A stretch of DNA of 64,000 nt from Clostridia bacterium (GTDB lineage Bacteria > Bacillota > Clostridia > UMGS1883 > UMGS1540). A model generated the notes under the pieces. The model did no database searches. It was not told where the DNA came from and saw only the letters and a list, made by a program, of their open reading frames with translations. The stretch is taken from the NCBI GenBank assembly GCA_045533905.1, contig JAZSIR010000021.1, positions 43,283 to 107,282 of the forward strand, given 5' to 3'. Shown one piece after another: positions 27,781-35,543 of the stretch; position 1 is the stretch's first letter; the number at the start of each line of letters is the position of its first letter. The translations under genes were made by a program, and so were the position numbers.

Positions 27781-29145
27781 TTAATTTAAATGCGCGTATT
27801 TTGCATATACTTTTTTACGGACAATGCGGTAACAAATGAAATGTGCCGTGCCTGTTAAAATCCAGCTGATGGGATAGGAAATGAAAAGCCACCCGATCGT
27901 GTGATGGTGCTGAAACACCGTAAGCACCCAAAGTACGCGGAATGCACACGCGCCAAGAAGCGAAACGCACATCGGCAAAATGGAATAGCCAAGGCCGCGC
28001 ACGGTGCCCATTGTCGTTTCCATAAGGCCCACAAGAAAATACGGCATAGCAATATACAAAAACCGCTGACAGCCGTAACGGATAACCTCGGGTTCCGTAG
28101 AATAGATAGAGAGTAGCGCTTCGTCAAAAAGCACCACGATACCGCCGAGGGCAGCGCCGATGACGGCAGCTGTGAGCGCGGCTACGCGAAGACCCTTATC
28201 AATACGGTCAAACTGCCGCGCGCCGAGGTTTTGCCCCGTTAAGGTCAGCATCGTCTGGTAAATGGCGTTCATGGCCACGTATACAAAGCCTTCGATATTG
28301 GCCGCAGCGGCGTTGCCGGCCACAATGGCCGTGGAACCAAAGGAATTGATAGAAGACTGGATGAGCATATTGGAAATTGAGAAGAGCGAACTCTGGATAC
28401 CTGCCGGAAGCCCGATTTTGACCATCGTAATTGCTTCTTCCTTGCAAAGGCGCACGCGGCTCGGCACAAGGCGCACTTCGCTTTCCTCATGGATAAGACA
28501 AAGAAAGACAAGCGCGGCGGAAATGAACTGTGCCGCGGCGGTAGCAATGCCGACACCGACAGCGCCGAGATGAAAGCCAATAACGAGGATAAGGTTTAAA
28601 ACGACATTGACAATACCTGCAATGATAAGGATATATAAGGGACGCATCGTGTCGCCCTTGGCGCGGAGAATGGCTGTGCCGAAGTTATAGATAATGCTTG
28701 CAGGGATACCAACCGCATAGGCGCGAAGATAAGAAACGGCGCTATTCAGAATCGCATCGGGCGTATCCAGAAGACTTAAAAGACCTTCCGCCAAAAAGAA
28801 CATAGCCACGCCGGCGAGTAAACCCGATACAATGGAGATGAAGACAGCAGTATGTACCGCGCGTTCAATCCCGGCGCGGTCACGCGCGCCGATATATCTT
28901 GCGACGAGGACGTTTGCACCAATCGAAAGACCAATGCAAAGGTTTACGATGAGGTTTATCGCAGCGCCATTGGAGCCTACGGCCGCAAGCTCCGTCTCCC
29001 CCGCAAAACGGCCAACGACAATGACGTCTGCCGCATTAAAGAGAAGCTGCAGGATGCTGCTTATAATAATTGGTACAGAAAACAGGAGAATATTCTTTAA
29101 AAACGGGCCTTCGAGAAGGTTTCCGTTTGGTATTCTCGCTCGCAT
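27781..29145 (-). CDS. MATE-family efflux transporter
   Basis: Start moved to ATG 29143-29145 (MRARIPNGNLLEGPFLKNILLFSVPIII...). 12 TM segments; motif FNAADVIVVGRF. Confidence 0.85.
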   Translation of the reverse strand: MRARIPNGNLLEGPFLKNILLFSVPIIISSILQLLFNAADVIVVGRFAGETELAAVGSNGAAINLIVNLCIGLSIGANVLVARYIGARDRAGIERAVHTAVFISIVSGLLAGVAMFFLAEGLLSLLDTPDAILNSAVSYLRAYAVGIPASIIYNFGTAILRAKGDTMRPLYILIIAGIVNVVLNLILVIGFHLGAVGVGIATAAAQFISAALVFLCLIHEESEVRLVPSRVRLCKEEAITMVKIGLPAGIQSSLFSISNMLIQSSINSFGSTAIVAGNAAAANIEGFVYVAMNAIYQTMLTLTGQNLGARQFDRIDKGLRVAALTAAVIGAALGGIVVLFDEALLSIYSTEPEVIRYGCQRFLYIAMPYFLVGLMETTMGTVRGLGYSILPMCVSLLGACAFRVLWVLTVFQHHHTIGWLFISYPISWILTGTAHFICYRIVRKKVYAKYAHLN

Positions 29146-29270
29146 ACGCTCGCCCCCAAAGGAAGATTTTCTAAAAAATACTGTACCACAGCACCCCTTT
29201 TTTGTCAATAGGCACTTTGGAAAAAATATTTTGACTTTTCCTACAATATATAGTATAATGTTATAATAGG

Positions 29271-31244
29271 ATGGTGATATTTATGGCCGAATACGGAAAC
29301 GAGAGCATTTCCTCATTAAAAGGCGCGGACAGGGTGCGAAAGCGCCCCGGTGTTATCTTCGGGTCAGACGGGCTCGAGGGTTGTGAACATGCCGTTTTTG
29401 AGATTGTTTCAAACTCCATAGACGAAGCACGCGAAGGCTACGGCAAGGTCATTGAGGTTACCCGTTTTCGCGACAAGTCCATTGAAGTGCGCGATATGGG
29501 CCGCGGCATTCCTATGGACTATAACCCGAAGGAGGAGCGGTATAACTGGGAGCTCGTCTTTTGTGAAATGTACGCAGGCGGCAAGTATGATAACAATTCC
29601 GGCCAGAATTATGAATATAGCTTAGGTCTCAACGGTCTCGGCAGCTGCGCCACGCAGTACGCTTCCGAATATATGGAAGTTACCGTACAGCGTGACGGAT
29701 ACCGTTACCAGCTCTTTTTTGAAAAGGGCGAAAATCAGGGCGGTTTATATAAAGAACAGGTACGCTATCGCCACACGGGAACGACGATTAAATGGCGACC
29801 GGACCTTGAGGTATTTACGGACATTGATATCCCCCTCTCCTATTTTCAGGAAATGCTCCGCAAGCAGGCCGTTGTAAACGCCGGCATCACGTTTAAGCTT
29901 AAGAACGAAACGCCGGAGGGTATGGAGGAATTTACCTACTTTTACGAAAACGGCATTACAGATTATCTCAAGGAATGCTGCGGTGCCGAAGCTTTTACGG
30001 GTATTGCCCGCTATGAGGCGGAGTGCATGGGGCGTGACCGCGAGGATATGCCGGACTATAAGCTCCGTATGCAGGTTGTTTTCTGCTTTAACAATACACA
30101 CACGCTTCTCGAATATTACCACAATTCCAGCTTTCTCGAGCACGGCGGCTCGCCCGACAAGGCGGTGAAAAGCGCCTTCGTTTCGGCGCTGGATGCCTAC
30201 ATCCGCGCACAGAACAAATACCAGAAGGGTGAATCGAAAATCACCTTTGTGGATGTGCAGGACAGTCTTTGCCTTGTTATGAACTCGTTCTCGACGATGA
30301 CGAGCTACGAAAACCAGACGAAAAAATCGATTACGAACAAGTTTATTGCTTCGGCTATGACGGATTTTCTCCGCGAAAAGCTCGAAATATACTTTATTGA
30401 AAACAGAATTGAAGCGGAAAAGATTGCCGAGCAGGTGCTTCTCAATAAGCGCAGCCGCGAACGCGCGGAAAAAACGCGTGTGGACCTTAAGAAGAAGCTT
30501 GCAAAGAATATTGACGTGACGAACCGCGTGCAAAAGTTTGTAGACTGCCGCACGCGCGACACGGAAAGACGCGAGCTGTACATCGTGGAAGGTGACTCGG
30601 CTCTCGGTTCTGTAAAGCTTGCACGAAACGCAGAATTTCAGGCGATTATGCCGGTACGCGGCAAGATTTTGAATTGCCTTAAAAGTGACCTTACCAAAAT
30701 TTTCAAAAGCGATATTATAATGGACCTTATGCGCGTGCTCGGGTGCGGCATTGAGGTGAAAACGAAGGATTTCAATGCCTTTGAACTTGAAAATCTTCGT
30801 TGGGACAAGATTATTATCTGTACCGACGCGGATGTTGACGGCTACCAGATCCGCACGCTGATTCTGGCAATGATTTACCGCCTCACGCCGACGCTTATCC
30901 GCGAAGGGCGCGTGTATATCGCCGAATCGCCGCTTTTTGAAATTACCACAAAGAATGACACGTATTTTGCCTATACCGAACGCGAAAAGGCACAGATTCT
31001 TGCAGAGCTCGGGAATACGAAATGCACCATTCAGCGCTCGAAAGGTCTTGGTGAAAACAACCCCGATATGATGAGTAAAACCACGATGAACCCCGAATCG
31101 CGCAGACTTATCCGCGTACTTCCCGAGGAGGCGGAAAAGACGGCGGCGGTGTTTGACCTTCTTCTCGGGGATAATCTCCAGGGGAGAAAGGATCATATTG
31201 CCGAATGCGGGGCGCAGTATATTGACCTCGCAGACGTTATGTAG
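29271..31244 (+). CDS. type IIA DNA topoisomerase subunit B (GyrB/ParE family)
   Basis: 657 aa; an alternative start is ATG 29283. Motifs VRKRPGVIFGS, the GHKL ATPase region, Toprim YIVEGDSALGS, PVRGKILN and DADVDGYQIRTL. Confidence 0.85.
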   Translation: MVIFMAEYGNESISSLKGADRVRKRPGVIFGSDGLEGCEHAVFEIVSNSIDEAREGYGKVIEVTRFRDKSIEVRDMGRGIPMDYNPKEERYNWELVFCEMYAGGKYDNNSGQNYEYSLGLNGLGSCATQYASEYMEVTVQRDGYRYQLFFEKGENQGGLYKEQVRYRHTGTTIKWRPDLEVFTDIDIPLSYFQEMLRKQAVVNAGITFKLKNETPEGMEEFTYFYENGITDYLKECCGAEAFTGIARYEAECMGRDREDMPDYKLRMQVVFCFNNTHTLLEYYHNSSFLEHGGSPDKAVKSAFVSALDAYIRAQNKYQKGESKITFVDVQDSLCLVMNSFSTMTSYENQTKKSITNKFIASAMTDFLREKLEIYFIENRIEAEKIAEQVLLNKRSRERAEKTRVDLKKKLAKNIDVTNRVQKFVDCRTRDTERRELYIVEGDSALGSVKLARNAEFQAIMPVRGKILNCLKSDLTKIFKSDIIMDLMRVLGCGIEVKTKDFNAFELENLRWDKIIICTDADVDGYQIRTLILAMIYRLTPTLIREGRVYIAESPLFEITTKNDTYFAYTEREKAQILAELGNTKCTIQRSKGLGENNPDMMSKTTMNPESRRLIRVLPEEAEKTAAVFDLLLGDNLQGRKDHIAECGAQYIDLADVM

Positions 31245-31261
31245 AGGGGAATGTAAAAAAA

Positions 31262-31785
31262 GCGCAGACCGCAAAAAGGAAAACTAAATATTGACGAAGT
31301 ATTTTTGTTTATCTGTCGTAACTTCGTACGGGTAGGGACTCTCAAATCTTGAGAGTCCCTTTGTTCTTGTTCCTTTTTGCTACACCAAAACTCCACCGCT
31401 TGCGGTACGCATGTACAGCTGCGGGTGGAGTTTTGGCGTTCTGCATCTTTTTTTCCGATTCCCCTCCGCAGCTTTGCAAAAGAAAAATAAGTAACCGAAG
31501 GGCACAGACCGCAAAAGGCAGGGGAAAATATATCTTAGTCCGTGTGCTGACAAAAGACAGTACAAATGGGCAGGGACTCTCAGGCGTGAGAGTCCCTTTG
31601 TTTTCATGCCTTTTTGCTATGCGAAAACTTTGCCCATTATACGGGGCCCCCGAAAGGCGTAAGCGCCTTTTGGGGAAGAGGAGAAGCAAGGAAGCAGAGC
31701 TACGTTTTCGCCGATGCGGCGAAAACAGGGTGGGCGGACTTTGCTTTGACGAGTTCTGCATCTTTTTTCCGATCCCCCTCCGCTT
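31262..31785. repeat. two tandem, diverged copies of a ~240-290 bp intergenic repeat unit
   Basis: Three blocks are shared between the two units. GCRCAGACCGCAAAAGG occurs at 31262 and 31501. The hairpin AGGGACTCTCA-N5-TGAGAGTCCCTTTGTT occurs at 31334-31360 and 31572-31597. TTCTGCATCTTTTTTTCCGATYCCCCTCCGC occurs at 31439-31469 and 31754-31783. Confidence 0.7.
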
Positions 31786-31904
31786 CAGGAAAAACCCCAC
31801 ACTTTACCGGCTGCGCACAAGTGCGCTTTTTATCGGCCTGCCAGGCTCGCATCTGTTCCTTTATTGAACCGCGCGACTGTCGCGTGGTTTTCGTTATACA
31901 ACAA

Positions 31905-31937
31905 GAAAGAGCTCCGGGAAATTCCCGGAGCTCTTTT
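31905..31937 (-). terminator. terminator of the SLH-protein gene
   Basis: AAAGAGCTCCGGG-AAATT-CCCGGAGCTCTTT. A T-rich tract follows on the minus strand. Confidence 0.6.
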
Positions 31938-31949
31938 CAAAAGCTATTC

Positions 31950-34900
31950 TTATCTGTTGCGGCCGTCAGTATATTTGATAGTCATCTGCGTCTTAAGGTC
32001 GCCATTTACGAGGAGGAGAATTACATCATCCACTTCGAGATCGCCTACAGATATCGTATCAAACTTCTTCGTTCTGGTGTTCCATTCAACACATACGCCA
32101 CCGCCTACACTGTAGATACCCGTATTGGCTGCAGAACCCGGATCTGCCGGCAGGAAGCCTGTCTTGCTCTTACCGATTACAGTTTCAATCGTGTAACCGC
32201 TGCTACCGAGTCTCTGAACAGTACCGAAGAGCATAGACGGGTCAGAGGTATAGAGCGCTTCCTTAGTAAGTGCATCAATATAGTCACCATACTGTGTGGT
32301 TCTGAAGCCCATTCTATAAATAACTTCTTCTTCACCTTCCATTACGACATATTCCGAATAGTTGACACGGAAGTCAACTCTACCTACAGTAAGCTCACCC
32401 TTGCCGTTGGACTTGTAGCTGATAACGTCACCGGCATCAAGGTCCTGCGGATCCAGATACATCGTCGGACGCTGTGTGCTTCTTGCATTGAAGATAGAAT
32501 CGCGATCGTCGCCTTCAATTCTTTCACCGTTTCCTGCAAGGCCGTACCAATCCGGGTCAGAGAGAGCGTCCGCATTTGCCTTGTGGTAGAAGAGCTGGGA
32601 ATCTTCTGTAACGATAATGCTCTTTTCACCGTCTGTGCTGAACACCTTAATTACATCATAAACTTCGCCTTCTTCATCACGCATAGAGCCAATACCTGTA
32701 ACGAGCGCGAAGAAGCCGGTATCTACCGGTGCCTTCGTTGTAACGCCGCCGCCATCTTTTTGACCGAGAAGGTCACGACGCCATACAACGGCACCTGTCT
32801 GGAAGTCTTCGTTTACATCGTAGAAGGAGAGACATGCCTTTTCACGGAGTTCATCAACATTTTTGATGCCGCTTGTAGCCTTCATTACTTCGTAGCCCTT
32901 TTCATCAGAAAGGTCTTCCGGAACGACAAACATAATTGCTTCGGAGATATATACACGGCCGAATACGGTGCCGCCCATATACTGGGTAATACCACTTGCA
33001 CCTGTACCTGTGTGTGTACCTGTGAATGTGGAAACCTGACCGGAAGATTTTGCGCTATTCGCACTGTTAATATACCAGTCCATACTGAAGTTGGAGCTGT
33101 CAGTTCTGATTTCGTCGCTAAGGTTGTTGGCGGTAAGGTTTTCAGCCGTCTTGATTTCGGTGATGAAGCCTTCCTTGCCTTCCTTATACACAATAAGCTG
33201 CGGAACGATTTCGCCTGCACGGTTTACGAGAGTCGGCTTGTTGCCTACGCCCCAAAGATCAGATTCTGCATTTGCAGCATCCATAATGTCTTCAGCCAAT
33301 GTCGCTGTGTTGCTGTTGAACTTAACCTTTTCGTCCAGCTTGAGGGTGACCCATTCGCCGTCAGAATTAAAGATTTCCATATAGTATGTGGTTCTTGTAC
33401 CCTTTACTTCCGGAACGAAATCCTTCAGCCAGCCGTAGGTGAGGTCGCCAATTTCAGCGCCGCCTGCAACAACTTCGTTGAGTGTTGCCTTTGTGGCTAC
33501 GATAGCGCCTGTGCAGTCGAGGTAGAATTCGCCTGTGGCGCCGGTAGCTACTGTGCCGCTCAGAACGGTGTCAGCTACTGCATATTCTTTGTCATCGATT
33601 GTAGCAAAGCCATCGCGGGTTTCGCGAACGGTGCCTTCGATGATTTCGGTGGAAACGCGAACGCGGATAACGTTGCCGTCAGCACTGCTTGCAATGGAGA
33701 GAACGTTCCATTCTTCCAGATCGCCAAGCTCTACTGCTTCGCCTTCAGCGTCTGTGATAACAATTGCCTTTGTCTTGTCCTCAACGTCAAGTGTGAGGCC
33801 TGTACCGTCTTCAAAAACAACTCTGTTGGTTCTTTCGTTAACGGTCTTGACAAGCTGATTTACATATTCTTCAACGATGATATACTGATATGCCTTGCCT
33901 GTGTTGCGGATAAGGCGGACAGCGCCGATTGCCGGGAGGATGTCAGCATCCGTGGGAGCTGCAATCTTGCGGCCGTTCTTTACAACAACAGCGCCTGTGA
34001 TATCTTCTTCCACAACCTTGCCGTCTTCGTTTTCATATGCGAATACGCCTTCGGCGAGGGAAACTTCAGCGGCTTCGATAGCCTGTGCAGTTACATCGAG
34101 AACATCGGTGGTTGCACGCGGAACAATAGCGAGAACAACCGGTTTGCCGGTAAGTTCATCTTCGCGGGCATAGATTTCTACGCGCTGGCCGAGGAATTCC
34201 TGTGCATTGGATTCGCCTGCCATCATAACAGTAGTGCCTGCAACGAGCTCGTCACTCCTAAGGGACGGTGCTGCAGCGATTACGCAGCCCATGGGAGTTG
34301 CATTGATCACTTCTGTGTAGTGCTGTGCCTTGAGGTAATAGGTGAGAAGTGTAACATCTTCATCTTCACTGAACTCAAGCTTTGCATCGCCGTAGCTGGA
34401 CTGGATGGAAAGCTGTGTGTTCAGCGCGTTGTAAAGGAGAATAGCCATGTCGCCACGGTTCATTTCGCCTTCAACCTTGATGTTCTTCAGAATGTCAAGC
34501 TGTGCAGCCTTGGAAAGGTAACCGGACGGATAACCGCCGGCAGCTTCTGCCTGTACGCCGTAGCCGAGAGCGGCTACAACCATTTTAACAGCCTGTTCAT
34601 CCGTAACCGGTGCATCGGGTGCAAAGATTGTTGCGCTCATACCGTTGATAATACCAAGCTGGTATGCTGCTGCAACGTTTGCATATGCCCAGTGGGATGC
34701 AGGAACGTCTTCAAAAATTGCCTGACCCTGTGCGCCTTCTTCCATATTCATAGCACGAAGGATAATAGTGGCCATTTCTGCTCTTGTTAAAGAACCGTTC
34801 GGCTCATACTTGCCTTCTTCACGTCCTTCAACGATACCGAGACCAGCCAGAACATTTACGGCAGCCTCGCACTTTTCGCCAACTACGTCGGTTAAAACCG

Positions 34901-34976
34901 GAGTAGCGGCACTGGCTGTTACTACTGTCGTAAGAAGCATTACTAAGGTGAGTAACAGGGTGATGGATCTTTTCAT
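31950..34976 (-). CDS. large secreted cell-surface protein with N-terminal SLH domains
   Basis: 1008 aa. Signal peptide MKRSITLLLTLVMLLTTVVTASA, and SLH-type repeats (LAGLGIVEG..., FEDVPASHWAYANVAAAYQLGIINGMS, AALGYG...). Confidence 0.8.
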   Translation of the reverse strand: MKRSITLLLTLVMLLTTVVTASAATPVLTDVVGEKCEAAVNVLAGLGIVEGREEGKYEPNGSLTRAEMATIILRAMNMEEGAQGQAIFEDVPASHWAYANVAAAYQLGIINGMSATIFAPDAPVTDEQAVKMVVAALGYGVQAEAAGGYPSGYLSKAAQLDILKNIKVEGEMNRGDMAILLYNALNTQLSIQSSYGDAKLEFSEDEDVTLLTYYLKAQHYTEVINATPMGCVIAAAPSLRSDELVAGTTVMMAGESNAQEFLGQRVEIYAREDELTGKPVVLAIVPRATTDVLDVTAQAIEAAEVSLAEGVFAYENEDGKVVEEDITGAVVVKNGRKIAAPTDADILPAIGAVRLIRNTGKAYQYIIVEEYVNQLVKTVNERTNRVVFEDGTGLTLDVEDKTKAIVITDAEGEAVELGDLEEWNVLSIASSADGNVIRVRVSTEIIEGTVRETRDGFATIDDKEYAVADTVLSGTVATGATGEFYLDCTGAIVATKATLNEVVAGGAEIGDLTYGWLKDFVPEVKGTRTTYYMEIFNSDGEWVTLKLDEKVKFNSNTATLAEDIMDAANAESDLWGVGNKPTLVNRAGEIVPQLIVYKEGKEGFITEIKTAENLTANNLSDEIRTDSSNFSMDWYINSANSAKSSGQVSTFTGTHTGTGASGITQYMGGTVFGRVYISEAIMFVVPEDLSDEKGYEVMKATSGIKNVDELREKACLSFYDVNEDFQTGAVVWRRDLLGQKDGGGVTTKAPVDTGFFALVTGIGSMRDEEGEVYDVIKVFSTDGEKSIIVTEDSQLFYHKANADALSDPDWYGLAGNGERIEGDDRDSIFNARSTQRPTMYLDPQDLDAGDVISYKSNGKGELTVGRVDFRVNYSEYVVMEGEEEVIYRMGFRTTQYGDYIDALTKEALYTSDPSMLFGTVQRLGSSGYTIETVIGKSKTGFLPADPGSAANTGIYSVGGGVCVEWNTRTKKFDTISVGDLEVDDVILLLVNGDLKTQMTIKYTDGRNR

Positions 34977-35142
34977 CTCGCATTCTCCATTCTTTGAGTA
35001 AATTTATACAGGTACTTTATAGAAGAGAACACTCTCCTATGATACCTATATCTCTATTATTCTAACACACATACTTTTCTCTGTCTATATAAAAAAGTGC
35101 TCTATTTTTTGTAAAAAAGTGCGAATTTACAGTCCCGCAAAT

Positions 35143-35172
35143 AAGAATGTGCAGAAGCTGGTGCTTCTGCAC
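35143..35172 (-). terminator. terminator of the hit gene
   Basis: AATGTGCAGAAGC-TGGT-GCTTCTGCACATT, a 13-bp perfect stem. Confidence 0.6.
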
Positions 35173-35187
35173 ATTTTGAACCTTATA

Positions 35188-35529
35188 TCAACCGGGAGGC
35201 CACGCCAGTGCACGCCCGCCGAGAAGGTGGAAATGCAGGTGTCCGACCGTCTGCCCGCCGTCCTCACCGCAATTATTTACAACGCGGTAGCCCTTCTCCG
35301 CAAAACCGAGCTCGCGAGCGAGCTTTGCTGCCACCGCGAAGATATGCCCGACCACATCGGCATTTTCCGCCGAAAGCTCGTTTGCGGAAGCGATGTGCGC
35401 CTTCGGCACAATCAGAATGTGCACGGGCGCGGCGGGTGCGATATCGTGGAAGGCGTAGACCTTTTCGTCCTCATACACTTTATTGGAAGGAATTTCTCCC
35501 TTTATAATTTTACAGAAAAGACAATTCAT
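35188..35529 (-). CDS. hit: HIT-family (histidine triad) nucleotide hydrolase
   Basis: 113 aa. CLFCKII and the HLHFHLLGG triad. Confidence 0.9.
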   Translation of the reverse strand: MNCLFCKIIKGEIPSNKVYEDEKVYAFHDIAPAAPVHILIVPKAHIASANELSAENADVVGHIFAVAAKLARELGFAEKGYRVVNNCGEDGGQTVGHLHFHLLGGRALAWPPG

Positions 35530-35543
35530 TTTTGTCCTCCTTA

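Noticed and set aside
29745-31274. 509-aa minus-strand ORF
   Set aside because: It is antisense to the topoisomerase B gene, which carries unmistakable GHKL and Toprim motifs. Its translation is Arg/Phe-rich and low-complexity.
31614-34790. 1058-aa ORF on the plus strand, the longest ORF in the window
   Set aside because: It lies entirely antisense to the 31950-34976 gene. That gene has a clear signal peptide and SLH repeats. The plus-strand translation is Cys-, Phe- and Asn-rich and motif-free, and it starts inside an intergenic repeat. It is a shadow ORF.
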